Source of the DNA: a virus
Strand: one strand, 5' to 3'
IMG/VR virus record: IMGVR_UViG_3300035674_000001
Location: 1 to 64,000 of that record
DNA length: 64,000 bases
Shown here: positions 38,124 through 47,520 of the stretch, piece by piece
Position numbering within the stretch: the first letter of the stretch is position 1
Layout of the letters: each line of letters begins with the position of its first letter
Notes under the pieces: generated by a model
Databases searched by the model: none
The model's input: the letters and a program-made list of their open reading frames with translations, nothing else
Told to the model about the DNA's origin: nothing
Program-made: the position numbers and the translations under genes

Positions 38124-38156
38124 GCTATATATCATTTGGCGACTAAACTAGATTGG

Positions 38157-38735
38157 TTACTTAAAATCTAGTCTGCTTAACTTTAAGTAACCAATTTGGC
38201 ATGCGGCATAGTCAAAGTCAGCAAGTGCTTTAAAAGGAATCCATTCGTTTTCGCTAACTGACTCAAAATAAGTGCCGTCTCCTTGTGGGTTTGATGGTTG
38301 CAGATTTGATACATCCGCACAATACAAATAAACAACTTCATTGGTTTGAGTACCAACAATGTAACTGCCAAAGTGACTCAATTGAGCTAGTGAGAGATCA
38401 TATCCTGCCTCTTCCATTGCTTCTCGCTTAGCTGCCATTCTGGTAGCCTCGTGGTTATCTATGCTGCCAGTGATAGGACAAACAAAAAGCGCTTGGTTGT
38501 CAGTGTTGTCTACTGGTAAAGGTTGAAGCCTAATTAGAACCTCGTACTTCTTCTCTACAGAAGTGTCTTTAGCTTGACGCAAAAGAAAAACGGCTACAGA
38601 ATCTTTTCCCTTGCGCTCTAAAAAGAAAAACCCCAGTTTGGTTTGTTTAACGGTAACCCAAGGTGGATTAGACTGGTAAACAATTCGCTCATTAAACTGG
38701 TCAAATTCTTGATTAATTGAATTAGCATCAGTCAT
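38157..38735 (-). CDS. Nudix hydrolase
   Basis: Complete Nudix box GSIDNHEATRMAAKREAMEEAGY (G-x5-E-x7-REUxEExGU). ATG 38735 is preferred over the GTG at 38741. Confidence 0.85.
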   Translation of the reverse strand: MTDANSINQEFDQFNERIVYQSNPPWVTVKQTKLGFFFLERKGKDSVAVFLLRQAKDTSVEKKYEVLIRLQPLPVDNTDNQALFVCPITGSIDNHEATRMAAKREAMEEAGYDLSLAQLSHFGSYIVGTQTNEVVYLYCADVSNLQPSNPQGDGTYFESVSENEWIPFKALADFDYAACQIGYLKLSRLDFK

Positions 38736-38756
38736 TTGCACTTTCCTTGTTGTTGC

Positions 38757-39158
38757 TTAGTTATTAGATTTATTCGGCTGTGGATCAGTATCAAACACTA
38801 TTTCTTCTGCAACCTCAGCTAACTCTTCGTGAAGTACAGCAACCCAGATAAGGGGGTCGAGTTGCGCTGGAAATGTGCGATTGAATTTCTTGTCTTGTTC
38901 ACAGCGTTCTAGCAAAATCTGAGCCAAGATATATTTCTCTGCTTCTTTTTGAGACAGATTTGGGTTCTGCGCCATACGAAAATCTGTTAGTGCTGCCACT
39001 GCAACAGCAGCAAGTTGAATCAACTCTTTCTGATAGTTTTCAGCATTTGGTATTTGACGTTTGCCATAAAGCTCAAGGGTTGGCGTATCTAGAAGATATC
39101 TAAACCTGCTGCCTAGCTCTTTAAGTTGATTGGTAAGTAGCAATAAAACTCGTTCCAT
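38757..39158 (-). CDS. MazG-like all-alpha NTP pyrophosphohydrolase (tentative)
   Basis: 133 aa, helical. VAVLHEELAEVAEEI resembles the EExxE metal-binding helix of MazG-type enzymes. Confidence 0.45.
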   Translation of the reverse strand: MERVLLLLTNQLKELGSRFRYLLDTPTLELYGKRQIPNAENYQKELIQLAAVAVAALTDFRMAQNPNLSQKEAEKYILAQILLERCEQDKKFNRTFPAQLDPLIWVAVLHEELAEVAEEIVFDTDPQPNKSNN

Positions 39159-39198
39159 TGTCTTTACTGATTGTGGATTTGAATCTGCAATAATTTAA

Positions 39199-40179
39199 TC
39201 AATCGGTACAATTGCAAGGCGCATTTTCTTGATCAACAGAAAACACATCTTTAAAAATGCGTTGACCAAGACTGGCATTTTTCTTGAATGTGTGTTTTGT
39301 TTTAGCCTCTAAATCCATCCAATTAGGCAAGCGTTCAGGGTAGATTTTTGTTTGCTCTTTTAGCTCTTCATTGGTCTTGTAAAAGCAGTAGACACAATTA
39401 GAAATTGAGGGAAAAGCATAATCCCAGTTCCGTTTTTCCCAGTAGCAATAAACATCGCTAGAAGTAATCCTCTTTGAATACAGAGGAAATGAGCGAATAC
39501 GCCACTCGGTATTTTTCCATCGATGGCAACCTGCAAACTGACCAATCAAGTCGCAGCAAAAAGAAAACTCAAAACTATCGCAGGAATTAGAGTCTTTTTC
39601 TAATCCTAATGCTCGATAAACTCTTCGAGGTTCGTCGTATCTAAATCCTATTTGAACTTCGATAGACAAAGGGTTCGGAACAAAAGAAAAGTCATTTTCA
39701 GGAATTGCTTTACTTAGGTTTAAGTAAGCATCCCAAAACATTGGTTCATACTTAAGGTATTGAGTGCAGATTCGTGCTTCTGAAGACGGCAGCCTACCCT
39801 TCTTTTCTATTAGCTGCTCAAAAGTTAACTCAGATGCTACCCACCTAATAGGTTGTTGCAACTCTTGTTCAAGTTGTAAAACAACTTTAAGAGAATCATC
39901 AACCTCGTGCGAAGCTTCAAACCAAGGTATGCGCTTTTGGCACTCCCGAAACAATCCTTTGTCTTTTGGCTTTGCGTTAGGATCGCTTGTCAAAACAACA
40001 GCAAATTGGTAGAAATATGGACGCTTATCATTAGGGTTTTTGTTAAGCGCCATATAAGTTGAAGTTTTTCCACTTGAAACAGAAACAACAACTTTATCAG
40101 CAATACCCTCAATTTCAGCTAAGTGACGATCTGCTTGAATCGTTCTTCTATCGTATTCACTTAAGTCGAATAGTGTCAT
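39199..40179 (-). CDS. PAPS-reductase / PP-loop ATP-pyrophosphatase superfamily protein
   Basis: Degenerate PP-loop VVVSVSSGKTSTYM (canonical SGGKDS). ARICTQYLKYEP matches the C...K..P motif of PAPS reductase and DndC. C-terminal Cys cluster: CVYCFYK...CNC. Confidence 0.6.
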   Translation of the reverse strand: MTLFDLSEYDRRTIQADRHLAEIEGIADKVVVSVSSGKTSTYMALNKNPNDKRPYFYQFAVVLTSDPNAKPKDKGLFRECQKRIPWFEASHEVDDSLKVVLQLEQELQQPIRWVASELTFEQLIEKKGRLPSSEARICTQYLKYEPMFWDAYLNLSKAIPENDFSFVPNPLSIEVQIGFRYDEPRRVYRALGLEKDSNSCDSFEFSFCCDLIGQFAGCHRWKNTEWRIRSFPLYSKRITSSDVYCYWEKRNWDYAFPSISNCVYCFYKTNEELKEQTKIYPERLPNWMDLEAKTKHTFKKNASLGQRIFKDVFSVDQENAPCNCTD

Positions 40180-40202
40180 GATAGTTGTGCAATCTGAATG
40201 TT

Positions 40203-42503
40203 TCAGACTTGCTTCAGGTTGGCTTCACCCCAAGCAAACAAATCACCTTGCGCCGATTCTTTTTCAGCACGTCCCATGTTTTTCAGTGCCTCATTGAAAT
40301 AGCTTTCTTTGAGTTCAATGCCAAGGTACTTTCTTGATTGCTTGATTGCTTGGTATCCTGTAGAACCAATACCGTTAAATGGATCAAGCACTAAGTCGCC
40401 AGGATTAGACCATAGCTGGATTGAGCGTTCAATTACCTGGAGCTGAAGAGGTGCAATATGCCTTTCATCACTATCTTCTTTGGCAAACCGACCAGTCAAC
40501 GTGTCCGATGGGTTAATATCCATCCACACAGGCGAAGCATAGCGCTGCCAAACTTCAACACTATTTCGCTGCACGTCACCAACTAACTTGATATCGTCGC
40601 TGCCAGCATAGTAGGTTAATTCACCAGTAATTGGCTCAGGATTGTTTCCTGGTTTACGAAAAACAACAAGGGTATCGGGTATCCCTTGGCGACTCATTGC
40701 ACTATCTTTAACTACTTGTTTATGCAACAGTCCTAGCGCTTTAGTTCGCTGCATAGCTTGCACTGGATTTTTCCAGATGCAAACTTCACTGTGATAAATC
40801 CAGTCTTTTGACTGAAACATACGAATCACGTCACCCCGAAAGTCTCGTAACCCAATGTAGCCATCTCGCGACTTAAGGGTAGGTAGATTCATGAGATGAA
40901 CAGCGCATAATCGACCGGGTATCGTAATGCGATAAAGTTGCTCTACTAAATAATCAAAATGAGCTGCAAACTGCTCATCACCTGTACAGTTACCTATGTC
41001 ACGAACTGAGCTTGAGTACACGTACAGATTAGCAAAGGGGATTGATGTCACTGTTAGATGTATACAGTTATCTGGCAACTTAGTTGTTATTTCAACACAG
41101 TCCCCTAGATAAAGAGTCCAGTCCTGTCCTTGTTTAACAGTTGTTTTGTATTCCATTTCACTTCTTTCTAGTGACATTTGCTGAACTTGAGTTGCCTTTG
41201 CCATTTCGTTTACCATTTGCTTTGCCATCTCATCTGCCTCTGTTTGCTTTCTTTGTAAGTTACGAGCAATAGCGCTTTCTAGCTTGTCGTAAACCAGATA
41301 AACAGTAACGTCACACTTTTGACCAAATCTGTAGCATCGTCCTACTGTCTGATGGAAGCTTTCCCATGAATGATTCAGACCCACAAATGCCATGTTGTGA
41401 CAATTTTGCAGGTTTAAACCAAAGCCAAACATACTTGGCTTACTGATAAGTACTCGCTTCTTACCTGATGTAAAGTCAAGAACTGCCTGCTCTTTATGTT
41501 CGTCAGAATCACTGCCTTTTACTTCTACAGCATCAGGAATCAATTGAGTTAGCAGCTTAGACTCATCATTGAGATCGCACCAAACTAACCATTGCTCGTT
41601 GCTTGGATTAACTAACTTAGCCGTCTCTTCGCATCGTTGCTTGAGTGTTTGTTTTTTGACATGACGCTGCTCACTTAAAGAAGATGCTTCATAGAAGAAT
41701 AATGCGCCATCAGGTGGTTCAATTTGAGTTTCAATGGTATGGTGAATTATTTCCAGATTAGGCAACACATACGCCTTGTCGGTTTCGGTAAAACCTAGGT
41801 CACCAGGACGCCGAAACATCAATGACCAAGATGCTACCCACTCCCAGAATCGAGCTTGAGCATGTTTCTTGAGTCTCCACTGCGATGTTTTCCCGCCATC
41901 GTGGGTAAAAAACATCGCCAGCATTTCTTCGCGCGTTAACGCACCCACCCATTCAGAATGGTTGCCTAGCTCCATGTAGTCGTTTGGTGCAGGGGTAGCC
42001 GTACAGGCTAGCTTATAAGGAGTAGATGCAAAGCTTTCAAGTAGCTCACTAGTTGTTTTGCTCTCAAAGTGTTTGATGCAAGATGACTCATCAAGCACAA
42101 CTCCCGCAAACTGACTAGCATCAAACCTGGCTAGTTTTTCGTAGTTCGTGATAAAGATGTTGCCATTATGATCTGCAATATCTTCTGGGTTAGCAACATA
42201 CTTGACTGAGATGCCAAACTTTTCACCCTCACGAACAGTTTGCTGCGTTACTGCTAGGGGTGCGAGTATTAGTACTTTGCCTCCCGTGTATTTTGCAACG
42301 TGAAAACTCCATTCAAGTTGCATAAGCGTCTTACCTAGTCCTACACCAGCAAATAAACAATACTTGCCTTTGGCTAGTGCAGTTTTAACAGCAAACTGCT
42401 GGAAATCAAACAAGGATGGGTTTAATTTATGTTCTTCAACAGTAAAGCCAGATGGTTTGACTACAATGCGTTTTTGCTCAAGAAAGTCTTGATAATTGCT
42501 CAT
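40203..42503 (-). CDS. SNF2-family helicase fused to a C-terminal beta-class N6A/N4C DNA methyltransferase
   Basis: Helicase motifs: GVGLGKT (I), VVLDESSCIKH (II), ACTATPAPNDYMELG (III), FGFGLNLQ (V), QTVGRCYRFGQ (VI). Methylase motifs: TSIPFA (IV) then LVLDPFNGIGSTG (I). Start ATG 42503 (MSNYQDFLEQK) is preferred; alternatives are 42533 and 42560. Confidence 0.85.
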   Translation of the reverse strand: MSNYQDFLEQKRIVVKPSGFTVEEHKLNPSLFDFQQFAVKTALAKGKYCLFAGVGLGKTLMQLEWSFHVAKYTGGKVLILAPLAVTQQTVREGEKFGISVKYVANPEDIADHNGNIFITNYEKLARFDASQFAGVVLDESSCIKHFESKTTSELLESFASTPYKLACTATPAPNDYMELGNHSEWVGALTREEMLAMFFTHDGGKTSQWRLKKHAQARFWEWVASWSLMFRRPGDLGFTETDKAYVLPNLEIIHHTIETQIEPPDGALFFYEASSLSEQRHVKKQTLKQRCEETAKLVNPSNEQWLVWCDLNDESKLLTQLIPDAVEVKGSDSDEHKEQAVLDFTSGKKRVLISKPSMFGFGLNLQNCHNMAFVGLNHSWESFHQTVGRCYRFGQKCDVTVYLVYDKLESAIARNLQRKQTEADEMAKQMVNEMAKATQVQQMSLERSEMEYKTTVKQGQDWTLYLGDCVEITTKLPDNCIHLTVTSIPFANLYVYSSSVRDIGNCTGDEQFAAHFDYLVEQLYRITIPGRLCAVHLMNLPTLKSRDGYIGLRDFRGDVIRMFQSKDWIYHSEVCIWKNPVQAMQRTKALGLLHKQVVKDSAMSRQGIPDTLVVFRKPGNNPEPITGELTYYAGSDDIKLVGDVQRNSVEVWQRYASPVWMDINPSDTLTGRFAKEDSDERHIAPLQLQVIERSIQLWSNPGDLVLDPFNGIGSTGYQAIKQSRKYLGIELKESYFNEALKNMGRAEKESAQGDLFAWGEANLKQV

Positions 42504-42586
42504 GATGTTTGCTTGCTCATTTGACTTTTTCATCTTAGTGCGATGTAAACTATAAAGCAAGTTGTTTCGTAGGCGGCTTAATTAAA

Positions 42587-43045
42587 ATGAGTAAAGTCTT
42601 ATCAGCAGATTTAATTTCACAAATAAATCAACTAAAGGAGCAAATTAAGCTCTTTTGTGAAGTACAGCCAGGAAAGCAGTGGTATATCAAGAATGAATGG
42701 TTGGGAGACACTTCATTTGTTCATCTTTACCTGAGACGTTCTCTGAGAATGATTGGCAACGCTGATATTATCGACGTGATGCAAGGCTCATCCAATGCAA
42801 TAATCGAGGCGCTAGATATAGCCGCAATATCTGTTCACCCAGATTATCAGCGAAAAGGAATTGGAAGCCAAATAATTAACTATTGCCACGAAATCAATCC
42901 CAAGTCAATGACCTATATTGAGATGGTCAATAATCCTCATTTACAGCAATGGCTACAAAGAAACAATTGGGAAAAGTACACAATTGGAACTACAGGAGGC
43001 GAGCTTACAATAACCAGCTACTTTAAACTCAAGCAGAAGCAATAG
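42587..43045 (+). CDS. GNAT-family N-acetyltransferase
   Basis: Motif A: ISVHPDYQRKGIGSQIINYC. 152 aa. Confidence 0.7.
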   Translation: MSKVLSADLISQINQLKEQIKLFCEVQPGKQWYIKNEWLGDTSFVHLYLRRSLRMIGNADIIDVMQGSSNAIIEALDIAAISVHPDYQRKGIGSQIINYCHEINPKSMTYIEMVNNPHLQQWLQRNNWEKYTIGTTGGELTITSYFKLKQKQ

Positions 43046-43061
43046 GCAATAACCTGCAATC

Positions 43062-43100
43062 AATAACCCCTGCTAGTTAAGTTATTTAGCAGGGGTTATT
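43062..43100. terminator. bidirectional hairpin terminator
   Basis: AATAACCCCTGCTA-11 nt-TAGCAGGGGTTATT followed by GATGTTTT. It lies between convergent genes. Confidence 0.85.
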
Positions 43101-43129
43101 GATGTTTTAGCTTGTTACTTGCCAATCAG

Positions 43130-43549
43130 TCAAACAATCATCAATCTTCCATCAAAAACCAGTCTATACAGATTCCCATAATCCTGCTTGCTTTCACCTG
43201 CATAGCCACAAAGTTGAAACACATGCAGGCTGGCGTCTTCACACCTGATAGTTTTTGCTGGTTCATTGACAGAATGCATGACATGCAGAACTGGATAAAT
43301 ATTCAAGCCAAATCTACTTGAGCGAAGAGAACGAAACAATTCACACTTCTCGGCTTTCATCCATACCATTAACTCAACAAAATATCCAGCATTTATTAGT
43401 AGATTAGCAGAACCTAGTGCAACTAAATCAAATGATATTGCTATTGGTGGATTGTTGTTTGATTTAGACCATAAAAACAAATGTGCTGAAACCCCCTGCT
43501 CTAGATTAACTGGTTTAAGATTTAATCCTGCAAAATTTAACTGTCCCAT
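43130..43549 (-). CDS. hypothetical protein
   Basis: 139 aa with ATG start. Overlaps the shadow ORF 43112..43321. Confidence 0.5.
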   Translation of the reverse strand: MGQLNFAGLNLKPVNLEQGVSAHLFLWSKSNNNPPIAISFDLVALGSANLLINAGYFVELMVWMKAEKCELFRSLRSSRFGLNIYPVLHVMHSVNEPAKTIRCEDASLHVFQLCGYAGESKQDYGNLYRLVFDGRLMIV

Positions 43550-43555
43550 TGCAAA

Positions 43556-44044
43556 TTACTCACCTTTGCCTAAACTTGACTTTTTCATATTACTGGACAT
43601 TTTAGCCAAATGAAAGCTTTTAAGTGTTGTTTCTGGATTAGTTAATAGCGCATCACCTCTATGGTAAACAACGGCACCTCCAGTATTAGTACCAGACAAC
43701 TTAGTTAAAGCCTCAAAAAGCTTCTTGCTTTGTTTGTCAGTTAAGTAGAGAGTGGCGGGTTTGCAGCCATAGGGACATTTCATTTTCGGCGCAACATTGC
43801 CAAACAATCGACAAATTAAAGGACGATGTTCGTAAATGGTACATCTACCTTCAACTAAAGCAGAACATGAGCCTTTCGCTTCGTTATAACTGGGAACCTC
43901 TAACCCAGCATCTCTAATAGCATTTGCTTCAGCAGGATAAAGAGGAATAAGTGTACAGCCTGAAGAGCAGTAGCCTTTGCAATTCAATGCTGGTACTTGA
44001 TCGTAAACATCCTTTAGGGTTCTAAGCTTAGGCGGTTTAGTCAT
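43556..44044 (-). CDS. YkgJ-type (UPF0153) cysteine-cluster protein
   Basis: CKGYCSSGC...CSALVEGRCTIYEHRPLICRLFG matches the CxxCxxCC / C.iY..RP..CR.f pattern. Confidence 0.6.
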   Translation of the reverse strand: MTKPPKLRTLKDVYDQVPALNCKGYCSSGCTLIPLYPAEANAIRDAGLEVPSYNEAKGSCSALVEGRCTIYEHRPLICRLFGNVAPKMKCPYGCKPATLYLTDKQSKKLFEALTKLSGTNTGGAVVYHRGDALLTNPETTLKSFHLAKMSSNMKKSSLGKGE

Positions 44045-44191
44045 AGTCCAATAACATAATTGACTTTAGTTGTTAATCCAGTCTAGCTGTTTCTGGCGAG
44101 CTAGTTAGGTTTAGTTATGCTAACAAGAGGTGGCAACATTAAAGACAAGGCTTTTAACTTGACTTTTACGGCATTGAATGTCAGTCTAATA

Positions 44192-44683
44192 ATGAGTAGT
44201 CAACAAAAACAACAAATGGACTCAGACAAAGCATTAGCATATTTACAATCAGAATTCCCAAATCTTACATGGACAAGTGTGTTTGCTAAAGATAAACAAC
44301 GAGGCAGATTGATTGCTAAATTTGCCAACTACTGGGAATTTGAAGTTGATTGTTCTCCTATAGGTTGTATGGCAACTATTACTGCTGGTCACCAAATTAT
44401 ATGTCGATCACCCAACGAAGTAGGCATATCGCTAGAAGATGTGATAAAGGACATTAAAAGTAAGTGGTCAAAGATTGAAAGATCTATGTCTAAACCCATG
44501 CATAGCTTACATGACTCAACATCAGAATCAATGAAATTTACTCATGATGAGCTATTTGCTATACACGATTCATTGGAACAAACAGCATTACTGCTGGATG
44601 GTGATGATTTACCAGAGGGTGAAGATCATCCTCTGGTAAGCGCTTTGAAGAAAACAGCTACTTACTTAAATTTGCAAAACTAG
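44192..44683 (+). CDS. hypothetical protein
   Basis: ATG 44192 (MSSQQKQQ...) is preferred because the upstream ATG 44117 would place a CTTGACTTT box (44158-44166) inside coding sequence. The start is uncertain. Confidence 0.45.
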   Translation: MSSQQKQQMDSDKALAYLQSEFPNLTWTSVFAKDKQRGRLIAKFANYWEFEVDCSPIGCMATITAGHQIICRSPNEVGISLEDVIKDIKSKWSKIERSMSKPMHSLHDSTSESMKFTHDELFAIHDSLEQTALLLDGDDLPEGEDHPLVSALKKTATYLNLQN

Positions 44684-44698
44684 CAACAGGAGAGTTAT

Positions 44699-44929
44699 AT
44701 GTCAGACTGTCGTCTCAAAGGAAAACCTTTAGAAGTTGAAGAAATCGATAACATCAATCATCTCTGGTTTAATCATGGAGTAGAAAAAAGGATAATAGCT
44801 ATTCGCAAAAACATGAGTCGGACAACTGTAGCTAAGCACATCAAAGCAAGCAAAGAAGAATGGTTTGAATGGAGAAGCATTCACTTGCCACAGAAAACTA
44901 CCGGAGGTAAATTTAATGAGCAAAAATGA
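44699..44929 (+). CDS. small HTH-like DNA-binding protein
   Basis: 76 aa. RKNMSRTTVAKHIKASKEE is a helix-turn-helix-like segment. Confidence 0.4.
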   Translation: MSDCRLKGKPLEVEEIDNINHLWFNHGVEKRIIAIRKNMSRTTVAKHIKASKEEWFEWRSIHLPQKTTGGKFNEQK

Positions 44930-45239
44930 ATTGCTATTTGAGTTTGAGGAGTCGGGTCAGCAAGTCATCAAATCAACCCATGATTTGCCAGGGGATATAA
45001 TTCTAAGCGTTGGCAAGGTAGTAGCTTATTTACAAACCAACGAACTAGATCAAGCCGTCATTACGGCTAAAGGACAAGTAGGATTCTTTGAAGAGAACTT
45101 TTTGTCTTTAGGACTTCAAATAACTCAAGAAGCGCTTAGATTGCAAAGACTGTTGTTTCTCTGGAAAACACTAAGTTTGCTTCTCGTGAGTGCATGGATT
45201 GGATATTTTAGTTACATGCTAGCAGTAACATCTAAATAA
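44916..45239 (+). CDS. small protein with C-terminal TM helix
   Basis: ATG 44916 with GGAGGT 7 nt upstream. The C-terminus reads LLFLWKTLSLLLVSAWIGYFSYMLAV. Confidence 0.5.
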   Translation: MSKNELLFEFEESGQQVIKSTHDLPGDIILSVGKVVAYLQTNELDQAVITAKGQVGFFEENFLSLGLQITQEALRLQRLLFLWKTLSLLLVSAWIGYFSYMLAVTSK

Positions 45240-45264
45240 GTTATAGTTAACTAGCTAGTACAAC

Positions 45265-45298
45265 AAATCCCTGCTTATACGTTTTTAAGCAGGGATTT
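45265..45298 (+). terminator. rho-independent terminator
   Basis: AAATCCCTGCTTA-8 nt-TAAGCAGGGATTT followed by CCTTTATT. Confidence 0.85.
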
Positions 45299-45392
45299 CC
45301 TTTATTCATCTAATAGCATAACACTTGCATTGATTTAGCTAATTTTTTCACTTAAAATACTACAAGCAATCTTGACTTTCTTTTTAAGAGTT

Positions 45393-47426
45393 ATGCAGCA
45401 ATTAAATCTTGACTTATCAATTCCCAAACAACCTGAAAAAGAGATTGTCTTACACAAATTCCAGGTACGTGCTAAAAAAGAAACTTATCAGCGCATCAAA
45501 GAAGGCTACAAACGTATCTTGGTAATCGCTTTAATGCGTTTTGGAAAAACGTATTTAGCTGGTTGGATGATTCGTGATGCCAACCGCAAAAACAAAAGAT
45601 GTTTGGTGTTGCTTGACCGAGAATGCTTGGTAAGTCAAACCCCTGATGACTACAGAGATTTAGGCTTAGATCCGCTAGTTTACCAGGGTAAGCAAAACAA
45701 AGAGAGTATAGAGCTAAAGACTGCGCCAGTAGTCATTGCCAGTATTCAAACTATCGAAACAAGAATCAGGTTAGCCAAGAAAAAAGGTATTGAGATTACA
45801 GCCAGAGATTTGCTGGGTGACTTTGATGTAATTCATGTAGATGAAGCACATCTTGTAGCTTTCAGGGATGGCTACAAACATATTCAAGATACTTATTTAG
45901 CCAATGGTGCTATCTTCATTGGCTATACGGGTACCATCTGGCGGGTAAATAAGAAAGAGTACATGGGAATGCACTTTGATATTGCCGTCATTGGAGCGCA
46001 ACCGCCGGAGTTAGTTGCAGATGGTCGAGTTGCATGGGGTCGGTTTTTCTGTCCTGGCAGCTATTTTGACTATACAAAGCTAGATGAACGAGAAGGAGAC
46101 TACACTGATAGCTCAGTTGAGAAGCAAGCTGTTACTGAAGAGAACTTAGAAACAGCACTATATAACTTTAAGAAATACTTTGTTGATGCAAATACCAATG
46201 AGGTAAAGCGCATTTCACTAGGATTTTGCGTAACTGTCAAGCACGCTAAAGCTATTTGTGATTATTTTACTCAGGCTGGATATCCTTGTGAATTCTTGAC
46301 TGGCATGACAAAGCGAGAAGAACGACAAGCAATGTACCAGCGACTAAAAGACAAAAAGACTAAGGTGCTTTTCAGTGTAAGTGCTTTGGGTATTGGACTT
46401 AACTTACCATTCGTAGATGGCATCCTGTATCTAAGACCCACTAAGTCACAATCATTATTCTTTCAGTCAGTCTGTCGAGCTGCTACCGCATACCCAGGTA
46501 AAAAGTTCTGGATGTGTCTAGACTTTGGCGATAACTTCGGCACTCGATTTCCGCATCCACTAGCACTACAAGATTATGACATATCTAAACCTAAAAACCG
46601 CAAACACGTAGAAATGTATAAAATATGTCCTGTTGATCGAGGTGGGTGTGGTGAGCAAGTAAGTAAGTTTGCTCGTGTTTGTCCCGAATGTGGATATGAG
46701 TTTGTTGTAGACAAAGAAGAAGAGGAAGAAGAGCTAGATTTAGATCCAGGAGTAATAGAATTAGTAGAAATTCTTTCAGTAGAAGATCAGGCAAGAATCA
46801 AGTGGTTTAGAAAGTTAAGGCGCAATGCCTACCTAGAAGAAACTTCACCGCATGAGCCAACTAAGTTGTTTTATCAAAAATACGGCTTTGAGCCGCCTGA
46901 AGACTGGTATTACAAAGCTTGCTTAGGTAAACGAAAGAATCATTCTGCACAAGCCATAGCAAAGCTACGAAAGTATTTTGCTCATTGGCAAACTACCGAT
47001 TACTGGAGCTGGACTAGTAACCAGATGGTGCTAGAGTTTGGAACGTTACAAAAGCAGCGAGAAGAGCAAGAACGCGAAGAAAGAGAAGCAGAAGCTAAAA
47101 AGCAGCGAGAAGAGAAGAGACGCCAACAAAAAGAGCAGCAAGAGCAATGGCGCAAGCAATACGAAGACTATGTAAACTCTTGGCATAATCAATTTAGAAG
47201 CAGCACTAACCAAGTTCATTGGTGGATGACTCTTTTGGGTATAGATAGGCAAAATACATTACAAGAAGCCAAAAAAGCCTATATGCAACTAGCCAAGAAG
47301 TATCACCCTGACACTAAAGCTTATTCAACAGATATTGCCGACTGGACTGATGAGCAGATTACTGAAAAGATGCAAGAAATTAATAATGCATGGGAAATAG
47401 CAAAAGCTTGCTTGAGCAAAAAGTAA
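45393..47426 (+). CDS. SF2 DEAH helicase with zinc ribbon and C-terminal J-domain (DnaJ-like)
   Basis: Walker A: LMRFGKTYLAG. DEAH box: IHVDEAHLV. Also YTGT and LGIGLNLP...QSVCRA. Zinc ribbon: CPVDRGGCGEQ...CPECGYEF. An E/R/K/Q linker leads to the J-domain LLGIDRQNTLQEAKKAYMQLAKKYHPDT...MQEINNAWEIAK, which carries the HPD tripeptide. ATG 45393. Confidence 0.8.
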   Translation: MQQLNLDLSIPKQPEKEIVLHKFQVRAKKETYQRIKEGYKRILVIALMRFGKTYLAGWMIRDANRKNKRCLVLLDRECLVSQTPDDYRDLGLDPLVYQGKQNKESIELKTAPVVIASIQTIETRIRLAKKKGIEITARDLLGDFDVIHVDEAHLVAFRDGYKHIQDTYLANGAIFIGYTGTIWRVNKKEYMGMHFDIAVIGAQPPELVADGRVAWGRFFCPGSYFDYTKLDEREGDYTDSSVEKQAVTEENLETALYNFKKYFVDANTNEVKRISLGFCVTVKHAKAICDYFTQAGYPCEFLTGMTKREERQAMYQRLKDKKTKVLFSVSALGIGLNLPFVDGILYLRPTKSQSLFFQSVCRAATAYPGKKFWMCLDFGDNFGTRFPHPLALQDYDISKPKNRKHVEMYKICPVDRGGCGEQVSKFARVCPECGYEFVVDKEEEEEELDLDPGVIELVEILSVEDQARIKWFRKLRRNAYLEETSPHEPTKLFYQKYGFEPPEDWYYKACLGKRKNHSAQAIAKLRKYFAHWQTTDYWSWTSNQMVLEFGTLQKQREEQEREEREAEAKKQREEKRRQQKEQQEQWRKQYEDYVNSWHNQFRSSTNQVHWWMTLLGIDRQNTLQEAKKAYMQLAKKYHPDTKAYSTDIADWTDEQITEKMQEINNAWEIAKACLSKK

Positions 47427-47450
47427 ATTAGTTGATTTTTAGAACAGTAA

Positions 47451-47491
47451 AACAATACTCCTCTAGCTATTAAGACTAGAGGAGTATTGTT
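47451..47491. terminator. bidirectional rho-independent terminator
   Basis: AACAATACTCCTCTAG-9 nt-CTAGAGGAGTATTGTT, flanked by AAAA and TTTT. Confidence 0.9.
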
Positions 47492-47520
47492 TTATGATGT
47501 TGACTAAGCTAGTTTAACGT

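Noticed and set aside
31546-39158. A Z-genome (2-aminoadenine) pathway, suggested by a MazG-like gene plus an HD-type gene.
   Set aside because: No PurZ (adenylosuccinate-synthetase-like) ORF or dedicated polymerase is present in the window. The two genes are 6 kb apart in different units.
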